Part shown: piece by piece, positions 1-7,054 of the stretch | Numbering within the stretch: the stretch's first letter is position 1 | How the letters are laid out: each line of letters begins with the position of its first letter | Assembly (NCBI GenBank): GCA_965197745.1 | Contig: CBDANS010000006.1 | Coordinates: 768,001-832,000, forward strand | DNA from: Opitutales bacterium | GTDB lineage: Bacteria > Verrucomicrobiota > Verrucomicrobiia > Opitutales > PNEW01 | Length of the DNA stretch: 64,000 nt | Direction: 5' to 3' | Position numbers and translations under genes: made by a program | The notes under the pieces: model-generated | The model's input: the letters and a program-made list of their open reading frames with translations, nothing else | What the model was told of the DNA's origin: nothing | Database searches by the model: none

Positions 1-188
1 CCTTCCAACCAATCTGCTTTAGGATAGCCAATGACAAATTCCGCGCGCTCGAGGTGCGGGCGATATTCTGCTTCCGGGGTTTTTTGATCTATAATTGTCA
101 ACTCAGCCCAGCCGGAGACTGTATCTTTTATCTGGTTTACCTGCTCTTCGTTTTGATAGGCAAATGCGTAGAGAATATTGGTGGCCAT
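1..188 (-). CDS. Partial CDS (N-terminus; runs off window edge), possibly D-2-hydroxyacid dehydrogenase family
   Basis: Own translation from ATG at 188: MATNILYAFAYQNEEQVNQIKDTVSGWAELTII...HLERAEFVIGYPKADWLE; resembles the N-terminal domain of D-2-hydroxyacid dehydrogenases. Confidence 0.4.
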   Translation of the reverse strand, partial: MATNILYAFAYQNEEQVNQIKDTVSGWAELTIIDQKTPEAEYRPHLERAEFVIGYPKADWLE

Positions 189-249
189 GGATAGCTAAAA
201 ATTTAAGTAAAATTTATCTAAAATTGAAAGGTAACTTAAATAGACTGCT

Positions 250-1056
250 CTAGGAAGCAGGTTCATCAATCACCGGATTGGTAAGGGTGCCGATTTTTTC
301 AATTTCGATGGACACAGAATCCCCAGCTTTAAGCCAGAGTGGAGGTTTCCTCGCCATTCCAACTCCATGCGGTGTGCCGGTAAGAATAACCGTTCCGGGA
401 AGCAGGGTGGTACTTCCGCTGAGAAACTCGATAAGCGCGGGAACATCAAAAATCATATCCTCGGTATTCCAATCCTGAACCGTTTCTCCATTGAGAATGG
501 TTTTTATCTTGAGTGTATTGGGGTTGGTAATTTCGTCGGTTGTAACGAGGCAGGGACCCAGTGGAGCAAAGGTGTCAAAAGTTTTTCCCCGGCACCATTG
601 TCCGCCCCCCGCTTTCAACTGCCAGTCCCGAGCACTGACATCATTCCCGCAGGCATAGCCCAGGACGTAGTCGAGGGCCTTATCGCGTGACACATTTTTG
701 CATGTTTTGCCAATGACAACGGCCAGCTCACACTCGTAATCTACTTCATTACTTTTAAGCTTAGTGGGAAGCTCGATCGGCTCGCCGGGATTGAGAAGGG
801 CATTCGCTCCCTTTACAAAAAGAACCGGGTGATCGGGCACCTTTGCGCCCCCTTCTTCGGCGTGCTTACGGTAGTTCAATCCAATGCAAAGGAATATCCT
901 GGGTTTGATCGGAGCCAATTGTTTTACGATATCAACTTTATCATCGCTAACCATATGCTCACCATAGATGTCGCCACTTATCTCATAGTAGGCGCCATCC
1001 TTTTGCACGGCATGGCCGATTATTCCATTTACGTCTTCATATCGGATGATTTTCAT
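250..1056 (-). CDS. Fumarylacetoacetate hydrolase (FAH) family protein
   Basis: CIGLNYRKHA, DYECELAVVIG, NDVSARD, GKTFDTFAPLGP, TGTPHGVG motifs. Confidence 0.93.
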   Translation of the reverse strand: MKIIRYEDVNGIIGHAVQKDGAYYEISGDIYGEHMVSDDKVDIVKQLAPIKPRIFLCIGLNYRKHAEEGGAKVPDHPVLFVKGANALLNPGEPIELPTKLKSNEVDYECELAVVIGKTCKNVSRDKALDYVLGYACGNDVSARDWQLKAGGGQWCRGKTFDTFAPLGPCLVTTDEITNPNTLKIKTILNGETVQDWNTEDMIFDVPALIEFLSGSTTLLPGTVILTGTPHGVGMARKPPLWLKAGDSVSIEIEKIGTLTNPVIDEPAS

Positions 1057-1295
1057 ATCTTTAAAGATTCAAAAAGCTGATTGATCGTGAAAATATTAAC
1101 CTGATACACCCTATTTCAGAGGATAAAGGCGACATCCAAAAGAGTGTGAATGATTCCCGCAAGTATAAATATGCATTTTCTGGCTTGTTGATAATTTATG
1201 GTGGAGCGTTCCACCTTAAAGATATAAACGTGAGGACATAATTATTTCACGTTATTTAACTTAGACATTCTATAGATTAAGATGATAATTCCGCC

Positions 1296-2189
1296 ATGGC
1301 ACCGACTATTGATGCGCATATTTATATGTATCCTCCCGAGGTATTTAAAAATCCACGTCTTTGGGCAGAGGAGATGGGTGAACCTCACTGGGCGGACTGC
1401 GTGGATCCAAGTGGGAAAAAATCCCTGCAGGGCTGGGTCGATATCGATCAACTCCTGCGCGATATGGATAGTGCCGGCATCGATAAGGTCGTCATGCTCG
1501 GCTGGTACTGGCAGAAAGAGGAAACCTGTGAAGAGCAGAACCGTTGGTATCTCGAGTGGATAAAAAAACATCCCGACCGATTGATAGGTTTCGCCACCAT
1601 TCATCCCCTTGCAGGGGACCGCGCCCTGGACGAAATTCGAAATTGCGTCGAACAAGGCCTCGTCGGGTTGGGTGAATTTCATCCCCAGGCACAGGGTTTT
1701 GACTTGCGGCATCCCGACTGGTTAAAAGTGGTTGAGCTATCGATTGAACTGAATCTACCGGTCAACATTCACGTCACGGAGCCAGTGGGACACGCTTATA
1801 CTGGTCGTGTTGAGACACCGCTCGCCGATTACCCCTGGCTGGCGAAAAACTATCCCGAAGCACGGTTCATTTTCGCTCACTGGGGTGGTCTCTTACCCTT
1901 CTTCGAGTTAAATGCAAAAATAAGGAGAGTAATGAAAAATGTTTATTACGATTGCGCCGCCTCACCTTTATTGTACAACCCCGGGATTTACCGCGCCGTC
2001 GTCGATGTTGTCGGCCCTGAAAAAATTATCTGGGCGACCGATTACCCCCTCCTCATTTATCCCGGCAAAGATGATAAACCATCATTTGAAAGAGCCCTCC
2101 ATGAGATCCGATCATCCGGTTTGCGTGACGAGGAACTGGAATTGATCCTCGGAGGAAATATATCACGACTATTAAATGTTCACCGCTGA
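1296..2189 (+). CDS. Amidohydrolase family (Amidohydro_2) protein
   Basis: IDAHIY, GEFHP, NIHV, FAHWGG, YYDCAA, ATDYP metal-ligand motifs. Confidence 0.88.
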   Translation: MAPTIDAHIYMYPPEVFKNPRLWAEEMGEPHWADCVDPSGKKSLQGWVDIDQLLRDMDSAGIDKVVMLGWYWQKEETCEEQNRWYLEWIKKHPDRLIGFATIHPLAGDRALDEIRNCVEQGLVGLGEFHPQAQGFDLRHPDWLKVVELSIELNLPVNIHVTEPVGHAYTGRVETPLADYPWLAKNYPEARFIFAHWGGLLPFFELNAKIRRVMKNVYYDCAASPLLYNPGIYRAVVDVVGPEKIIWATDYPLLIYPGKDDKPSFERALHEIRSSGLRDEELELILGGNISRLLNVHR

Positions 2190-2379
2190 GGCGCTGAGAT
2201 TTTAATTTAGGGTTTTCTTTTCTCGTTTTTATAACTTTTTCTCTGCGCTCTCCAAGTCTTTGCGGTGAATAATTAACGATAACGGGCGAGGTGCCGAGAT
2301 CACTGAGAATTAAATTATAAACAATACTAAAATCAAAATTCTAAAAATATACTCCGCGTTCTCCGCGTCTCTGCGGTGA
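2179..2379. repeat. Doublet of imperfect palindromic repeats (CACCGCnGAG...CTCnGCGGTG type), left copy
   Basis: TTCACCGC (2179) pairs with GCGGTGAA (2262); second unit 2281-2379 ends in CTCCGCGTCTCTGCGGTGA. Confidence 0.75.
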
Positions 2380-2400
2380 TAAAAAATATTATACGCTTAA

Positions 2401-2922
2401 CTACGAATCATCACGGGCGAGTTCGATTTCGACGTGAGGATTCCCCCGCAAAAATATTCTTTTGGTTAAAGAAATATCAGTGATTGTTATACGAACTTCG
2501 AGGTAACTCGGATCATGGGCTTTAAAAAAATACTCATTCTCATCCACCTCGACAAGCTCAAGCAACAGAGGGTCAGTGTTTCCAGCAAAGGTGGATAAAA
2601 AGCAGAGTTTGAGCTTTTCCGCTCCTGGAAGAAAAGTCCAATGGTGCACGGAAGCAATAAGGTCTGCGCTCCCCTTAACCATGCCTTCAGGTGTCTGTCG
2701 GTAAATGATGTCATATGTCACCGGGCCAATGGGCGTACGGATAGCTTTCCCCTGCCATGTGCCTTTTATCTTTTTAATAAATTCATCGTGAACACTTGTC
2801 TCAGGCGCAGTATAATTTCCAAGCATACAGCGATCGGCGGCAATCATACACTTCGCGCCCACTGCGAGGATGGACATCACCAGCAATATCAGAGCGTCAG
2901 AAGTTAATTTATTTAAACCCAT
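2401..2922 (-). CDS. Hypothetical secreted protein
   Basis: 173-aa ORF with hydrophobic N-terminus and GTWQG beta-barrel-like start; no family recognised. Confidence 0.6.
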   Translation of the reverse strand: MGLNKLTSDALILLVMSILAVGAKCMIAADRCMLGNYTAPETSVHDEFIKKIKGTWQGKAIRTPIGPVTYDIIYRQTPEGMVKGSADLIASVHHWTFLPGAEKLKLCFLSTFAGNTDPLLLELVEVDENEYFFKAHDPSYLEVRITITDISLTKRIFLRGNPHVEIELARDDS

Positions 2923-3000
2923 TTTAAAGCGCTTGATAATTTATTGTGCAATCGCCACGAATAGGGCGACATCTAATTGCGGATTGTTATTAGGTATACT

Positions 3001-3190
3001 AACCGCTGAGACGCTGAGGACGCAGAGTTTTAATTTAGAGTTTTATTTTCTCGTTTATATAGCTTTTTTCTGTGTTCTCTCTGTCTCTACGTTAAAAAAA
3101 CTAACAGCAGAGGTGCAATGGTAGCTGAGTTTTATATTTTAATGTTATTTTCTGCTCTTCATCTCTGCGACCTCCGCGGCTCCGCGGTGA
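3001..3190. repeat. Doublet of imperfect palindromic repeats, right copy (degenerate direct repeat of 2179-2379)
   Basis: ACCGCTGAG start and shared AT-rich core TTTAATTTAGnGTTTTnTTTTCTCGTTTnTATA; second unit ends in CTCCGCGGCTCCGCGGTGA. Confidence 0.75.
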
Positions 3191-3220
3191 TTAAACCACG
3201 GTAAAAACCAGAACTGTAGT

Positions 3221-3269
3221 TTGGAAATTATTTCTTGACGTTGCTAATATATTGGAAATTATTTCCAAT
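3221..3269 (+). promoter_or_regulatory. Probable autoregulatory operator of the RpiR-family gene
   Basis: Perfect palindrome ATTGGAAA-TTA-TTTCCAAT (3251-3269), direct copy TTGGAAATTATTTC (3221-3234), TTGACG -35-like hexamer at 3235-3240. Confidence 0.6.
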
Positions 3270-3272
3270 TCT

Positions 3273-4106
3273 ATGCAAGTTGAAGAAACCAGTGGCTCCC
3301 TGCTGAGGATAAAGGCCTTGTATCCCCAATTTACGGGAAAGGAAAAGCTGGTTGCCGACCATGTCCTGACCCATGACGACATCATTCATCAGACAATCAC
3401 GCAGTTGGTTAATGAGAGTGGGGCCAGCTATGGTAGTGTCGATCGGTTTTGCAAAAAGATGGGCTATTCAGGGTTTCAGGACTTTAAAATCCATTTAGCG
3501 GAGGCCCTGGCATTACGAAAAGCGGATCGTCAGAGTGATAAGTCAGGAAACATTTTAGGTAAGACCGCAGCTCGGGCCATTGAAGATATAAAAAACACTT
3601 TGCAATTATCATCGGAAGCGAGAATCGAGGAAGCGGCGCAAGCGTTATCGCAAGCCCGTTATGTGATGATTGCTGGTTTAAGCAGTTCAGCCGGCACGGC
3701 CAGGGGGATTGAATACCGCTTGAATCGCTATGGCATTCGGTCGACTTGTATTATCGATAATCACATTCAACGCCATCAGGCAGCTACCCTGGGCGAAGGA
3801 GATGTGGTCCTTTTACTTTCGTTTTCAGGAAGCACGAAAGAAATACTGGCGACGGGTAACATCGCGAAAAAGTCAAAGGCGACAATTATCAGTCTCACCA
3901 ATTATATCGAATCTCCTGTTTCCGAAATAGCCGCCATCTCTCTTGTCACGGGGATCGAGAGTGATCCTCTGGAAGCAGAAATTCCTTCGAAGGTCGCGGT
4001 TGAATTCGTGATCACCCTGCTTTTCGACAAAATAGCGAGCCTGATGAAGAACTCACGTCAATTCCTAACCAAGACCTTCGAAGCAACCGCGGACAGACAA
4101 TTATAG
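3273..4106 (+). CDS. MurR/RpiR family transcriptional regulator (HTH + SIS)
   Basis: RFCKKMGYSGFQDFK HTH motif, SFSGSTKE SIS motif; ATG 3273 preferred over TTG 3252, which lies inside the palindrome. Confidence 0.92.
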   Translation: MQVEETSGSLLRIKALYPQFTGKEKLVADHVLTHDDIIHQTITQLVNESGASYGSVDRFCKKMGYSGFQDFKIHLAEALALRKADRQSDKSGNILGKTAARAIEDIKNTLQLSSEARIEEAAQALSQARYVMIAGLSSSAGTARGIEYRLNRYGIRSTCIIDNHIQRHQAATLGEGDVVLLLSFSGSTKEILATGNIAKKSKATIISLTNYIESPVSEIAAISLVTGIESDPLEAEIPSKVAVEFVITLLFDKIASLMKNSRQFLTKTFEATADRQL

Positions 4107-4152
4107 AAGCACCCAAATTAAGGGAATTATATACATAAGTAACCAGTGCAGC

Positions 4153-4305
4153 CTAATTTTTTGACCGCTTATTATTATATTTCCATTCATTGGGTTTTTT
4201 AGGCGACGTATTGAAAACAGCTTTAATAATGTTCTTCGGTGTATCTTGTATTTTATCAGGCATCTCCAATTTATTGTATTTTTTTGGAACTTTTTTCTTA
4301 GTCAT
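4153..4305 (-). CDS. Small basic protein (50 aa) at the IS end, below the ORF-track cut-off
   Basis: Own translation MTKKKVPKKYNKLEMPDKIQDTPKNIIKAVFNTSPKKPNEWKYNNKRSKN; same strand as the transposase, stops 7 bp from the TIR. Confidence 0.55.
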   Translation of the reverse strand: MTKKKVPKKYNKLEMPDKIQDTPKNIIKAVFNTSPKKPNEWKYNNKRSKN

Positions 4306-4340
4306 TGGTTGTTTTTAGTGGTTGACTTGGTTACTATTTT

Positions 4341-4852
4341 ATGAAATTTAAATAACCGCCTGAAAAGTAACAGGCACATATTCGTTTTCCCCTTTGCGGT
4401 CGCATCATTATTACTGTCAGCGTGCATCAGAATACCATTTTGATACACAACGAACATTCGACGCATCGTCGGATATCGTATGCTCGGCTTTAATGAAGTT
4501 TTTCACAGAAAATAGCATTCAAATTAAGACTATTGAGAAGGATAGTGGAGTAATATATGCGGAGCATATATATAGTAATAGTCAGGGAATGGCATTCAAT
4601 AAATGGGCTGATTGTGGATACTCTTATTGGGAAACTCCTATTTCAAGCAATCTATCATTAAATGTGTTTGTTCGTAATGATCTTCAAACGGAGAAAACTG
4701 TCGTCAGCGTTAATGTGATTTTTACTCAGAAACGATTCAATAATTATTGGGAAAATTATAAAACAGTGCCCTGTAATTCTACGGGTATACTGGAGCATAC
4801 TATTATGGATCATATTTATAAATACATGGAAACTTATGAACGATCAAAATAA
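4341..4852 (+). pseudogene. Probable lipoprotein passenger gene, 5' end out of frame
   Basis: Lipobox signal (FVFPFAVASLLLSAC) lies in a different frame from the body (RTFDASSDIVCSALMKFFTENSIQIKTIEKDSGVIYAE, ORF 4394-4852). Confidence 0.5.
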
Positions 4853-5381
4853 AAATGAGAAGAAAACCAGATCAATAGATGATATTAGAAAAGCATTAAA
4901 AATTGAAAATTACTCGTTTGATCTTCTAGAAATATCCTTTCAAAAAATTTCTGATAATTCGGATTATCATATTATAAGGATTAAAGCAAGATGGGCAGAA
5001 TCTGATCTTGATCCTGGAGAACTCTCTTACATATGTCATCGTAATATACTACATCAAGCATGGGAATTTTTAACAGCACTTCTTAAGAACGAAAAGGCTT
5101 CAAACAATTCTCCTTATTGCGAAAATGATTTTTGTATCTTTGAAACCAAAAAAGTAACTGGCGTGCGAAATTTATTTCCGTGTGCAAATCAGAAAGGGTC
5201 TCCTTACCCAAAAATATCCTGCTACCGACATCCGGACAAAAGTTCTTTTTACGTTTTGCTGATTGATTTATTACCGTTTTCATCATCTCACTCTGAATCG
5301 GTACCCCACACTTTCCAAATTTCGCCTGCGATGCTTGATCAAGTTCATGAACTGCTATCACAGCATCTTCAATTAAAGTAA
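4836..5381 (+). CDS. Hypothetical IS passenger protein (paralog of 6463-6978)
   Basis: 181-aa ORF; colinear similarity to 6463-6978 from N- to C-terminus. Confidence 0.75.
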   Translation: MNDQNKNEKKTRSIDDIRKALKIENYSFDLLEISFQKISDNSDYHIIRIKARWAESDLDPGELSYICHRNILHQAWEFLTALLKNEKASNNSPYCENDFCIFETKKVTGVRNLFPCANQKGSPYPKISCYRHPDKSSFYVLLIDLLPFSSSHSESVPHTFQISPAMLDQVHELLSQHLQLK

Positions 5382-5454
5382 AAAATTCAGGTTCTTGATC
5401 GGGCAGATCAGATTGTGGAGATTCTTGAGAAGAAATCTCTTTAATTTTAGTCAT
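5083..5454 (-). CDS. Candidate antisense-overlapping protein coupled to the transposase stop
   Basis: ATG overlaps the transposase TGA (ATGA, 5451-5454); similar to 6749-7030. Confidence 0.4.
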   Translation of the reverse strand: MTKIKEISSQESPQSDLPDQEPEFFTLIEDAVIAVHELDQASQAKFGKCGVPIQSEMMKTVINQSAKRKKNFCPDVGSRIFLGKETLSDLHTEINFARQLLFWFQRYKNHFRNKENCLKPFRS

Positions 5455-6373
5455 TTTATTAATTCCTTATAAGTCAGCGTTTTGTTGCACATACCCCTGA
5501 CCATCGCTGACATCTGATCAATTGTATCAAACGACCTGTTATTATGGCGGCCTGAAAATTCTTGCACGTAGCGGTTTAGATGCTTAGGACTCATACGGTG
5601 ATAGGATGCCGAAGAATCCACGCTTGAGCATAGACCAGAATGATTCGATGCCATTGGTGTAAGCCTGTCCCCTGACATATTCACCTAAACTGTTTAACTG
5701 CTTCTGTATTCAATCCTTCATAAGCCCTGTTATCGTCAGAATAGATTTTTACTTTTCCATCAACTTTATCTAAAACAAATTTTTGCAGAGTTTCTTTATC
5801 AGTTGAATGTACCACAGCCGCAGTTACTTGTTTGGATGGCCTATCCTTAATTCCAACAACGGCGGATTTACCTACTACGCCACGTCCTGCATGTTGTTTT
5901 TTGTCTGAATGCTTATTTTTCTCAAGTCCTCCGAAAAATGTCTCATCAATTTCAACTGGACCAGCAAATTCCCTTTCTTGATTTTCCCAAGATTCACGTA
6001 GCCTGTGTGCCAAATGCCAAGCTGTTTTCTGTGTAATATCAAGGTCTCTATGCAACTTCATGCTAGATGTTCCTTTAATGCTTGTAGACATAATATATGA
6101 AGCCAATACCCATACTTGATAGCTCAATTTTGAGGACTGCATGCAAGTTCCTGTTCTAACGGAAAAAAACTTCCTGCATTTGCGGCAACGAAATGACATT
6201 GTCGGATGCTTCACATTCTTTTGAACGTGTTCGCTGTGGCAATGTGGGCAACTTACCTTTTTACCCCATCGTTCTTTAATAAGCCATTCCTTCGCTTTCT
6301 TATCGTCAGGGAACAGCTTCATAACTTTGATTAAGGACAATCCCTTTCTATAGTATTTTCCAGGTGCTTTCAT
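5451..6373 (-). pseudogene. IS1595-family DDE transposase with two frameshifts
   Basis: Zn ribbon CPHC..CRKC, EIDET, YSDD, then GEYVRGQAYTNGIESFWSMLKRG in a second frame (shift near 5686-5692) and YHRMSPKHLNRYVQEF in a third (shift near 5604). Confidence 0.93.
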
Positions 6374-6379
6374 ATTAAT

Positions 6380-6408
6380 ATGTTATTGCATATTAAGTAA
6401 TTAGTCAA
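6380..6408 (-). promoter_or_regulatory. Sigma70-like promoter of the transposase
   Basis: Minus strand TTGACT-17 bp-TAACAT just upstream of ATG 6373. Confidence 0.5.
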
Positions 6409-6462
6409 GACAATTGGTTACTTTTTTTCACTTTTTTATAACAATAAACGAAAGGATAGACC

Positions 6463-6978
6463 ATGGATAATGACGAATCAAAAAATGAAATCAAACTACC
6501 AGAAAACATCTTAAATCTAATAGGTGATGACACATTCTCTTTTTATCTGAACGAAATATCCTTTAAACAACATGATGAATTTCCCAATTTGCACATTCTA
6601 AACATCAAAACAAAACCCATAAGGACTAATGTTGATATTCCAAACCATTGTTACGTAGTTGATCTTAAAAGACTTTATCAATTTTGGCTGGAGATAACCG
6701 ATCGTCTTTATAAACAGGATTCAAAGCATGCTCTCTACGCTGACGTAATCAAAACAATAAGTGATGCACGAAGTTTACCGCTAGCACCAAACGTTGGCCT
6801 TTGTCCTGCCCATGAAATAAAGTGCTTTCAATATGATGATGGGAAATCCTCGTTCCTCCTTGTGTTAACACTTGGAGCATTTGGTCCCATGAAGGAGAAA
6901 CATCTTTTCCGAACATCAAAGCTTCAGCTTCCTGAAGTTTGGAAATCGCTATCAATACATCTTCACTTAAACGTATAA
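6463..6978 (+). CDS. Hypothetical IS passenger protein (paralog of 4836-5381)
   Basis: 171-aa ORF with AAGGA RBS; colinear similarity to 4836-5381. Confidence 0.78.
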   Translation: MDNDESKNEIKLPENILNLIGDDTFSFYLNEISFKQHDEFPNLHILNIKTKPIRTNVDIPNHCYVVDLKRLYQFWLEITDRLYKQDSKHALYADVIKTISDARSLPLAPNVGLCPAHEIKCFQYDDGKSSFLLVLTLGAFGPMKEKHLFRTSKLQLPEVWKSLSIHLHLNV

Positions 6979-7030
6979 AATTGTTCGCTTCTGAAATACT
7001 TTCTTTTCTCTCTATTTTTTGGTTACTCAT
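6749..7030 (-). CDS. Candidate antisense-overlapping protein starting inside the right TIR
   Basis: ATG at 7030 (MSNQKIERKE...) coincides with the single TIR mismatch; similar to 5083-5454. Confidence 0.35.
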   Translation of the reverse strand: MSNQKIERKESISEANNFIRLSEDVLIAISKLQEAEALMFGKDVSPSWDQMLQVLTQGGTRISHHHIESTLFHGQDKGQRLVLAVNFVHHLLF

Positions 7031-7054
7031 GTATATAATTCCCCAAATTAAAGA

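Larger units (their letters stand above)
4122..7043. mobile_element. IS1595-family element with passenger genes (2,922 bp)
   Basis: 24-bp TIRs GGGAATTATATACAT(A/G)AGTAACCA at 4122-4145 and 7020-7043 (1 mismatch); 8-bp target duplication CAAATTAA at 4114-4121 and 7044-7051; internal IS1595 transposase; AT-rich. Confidence 0.95.

Noticed and set aside
2179..3190. CRISPR array
   Set aside because: Repeats are long and degenerate, lack unique equal-length spacers, and there are no cas genes
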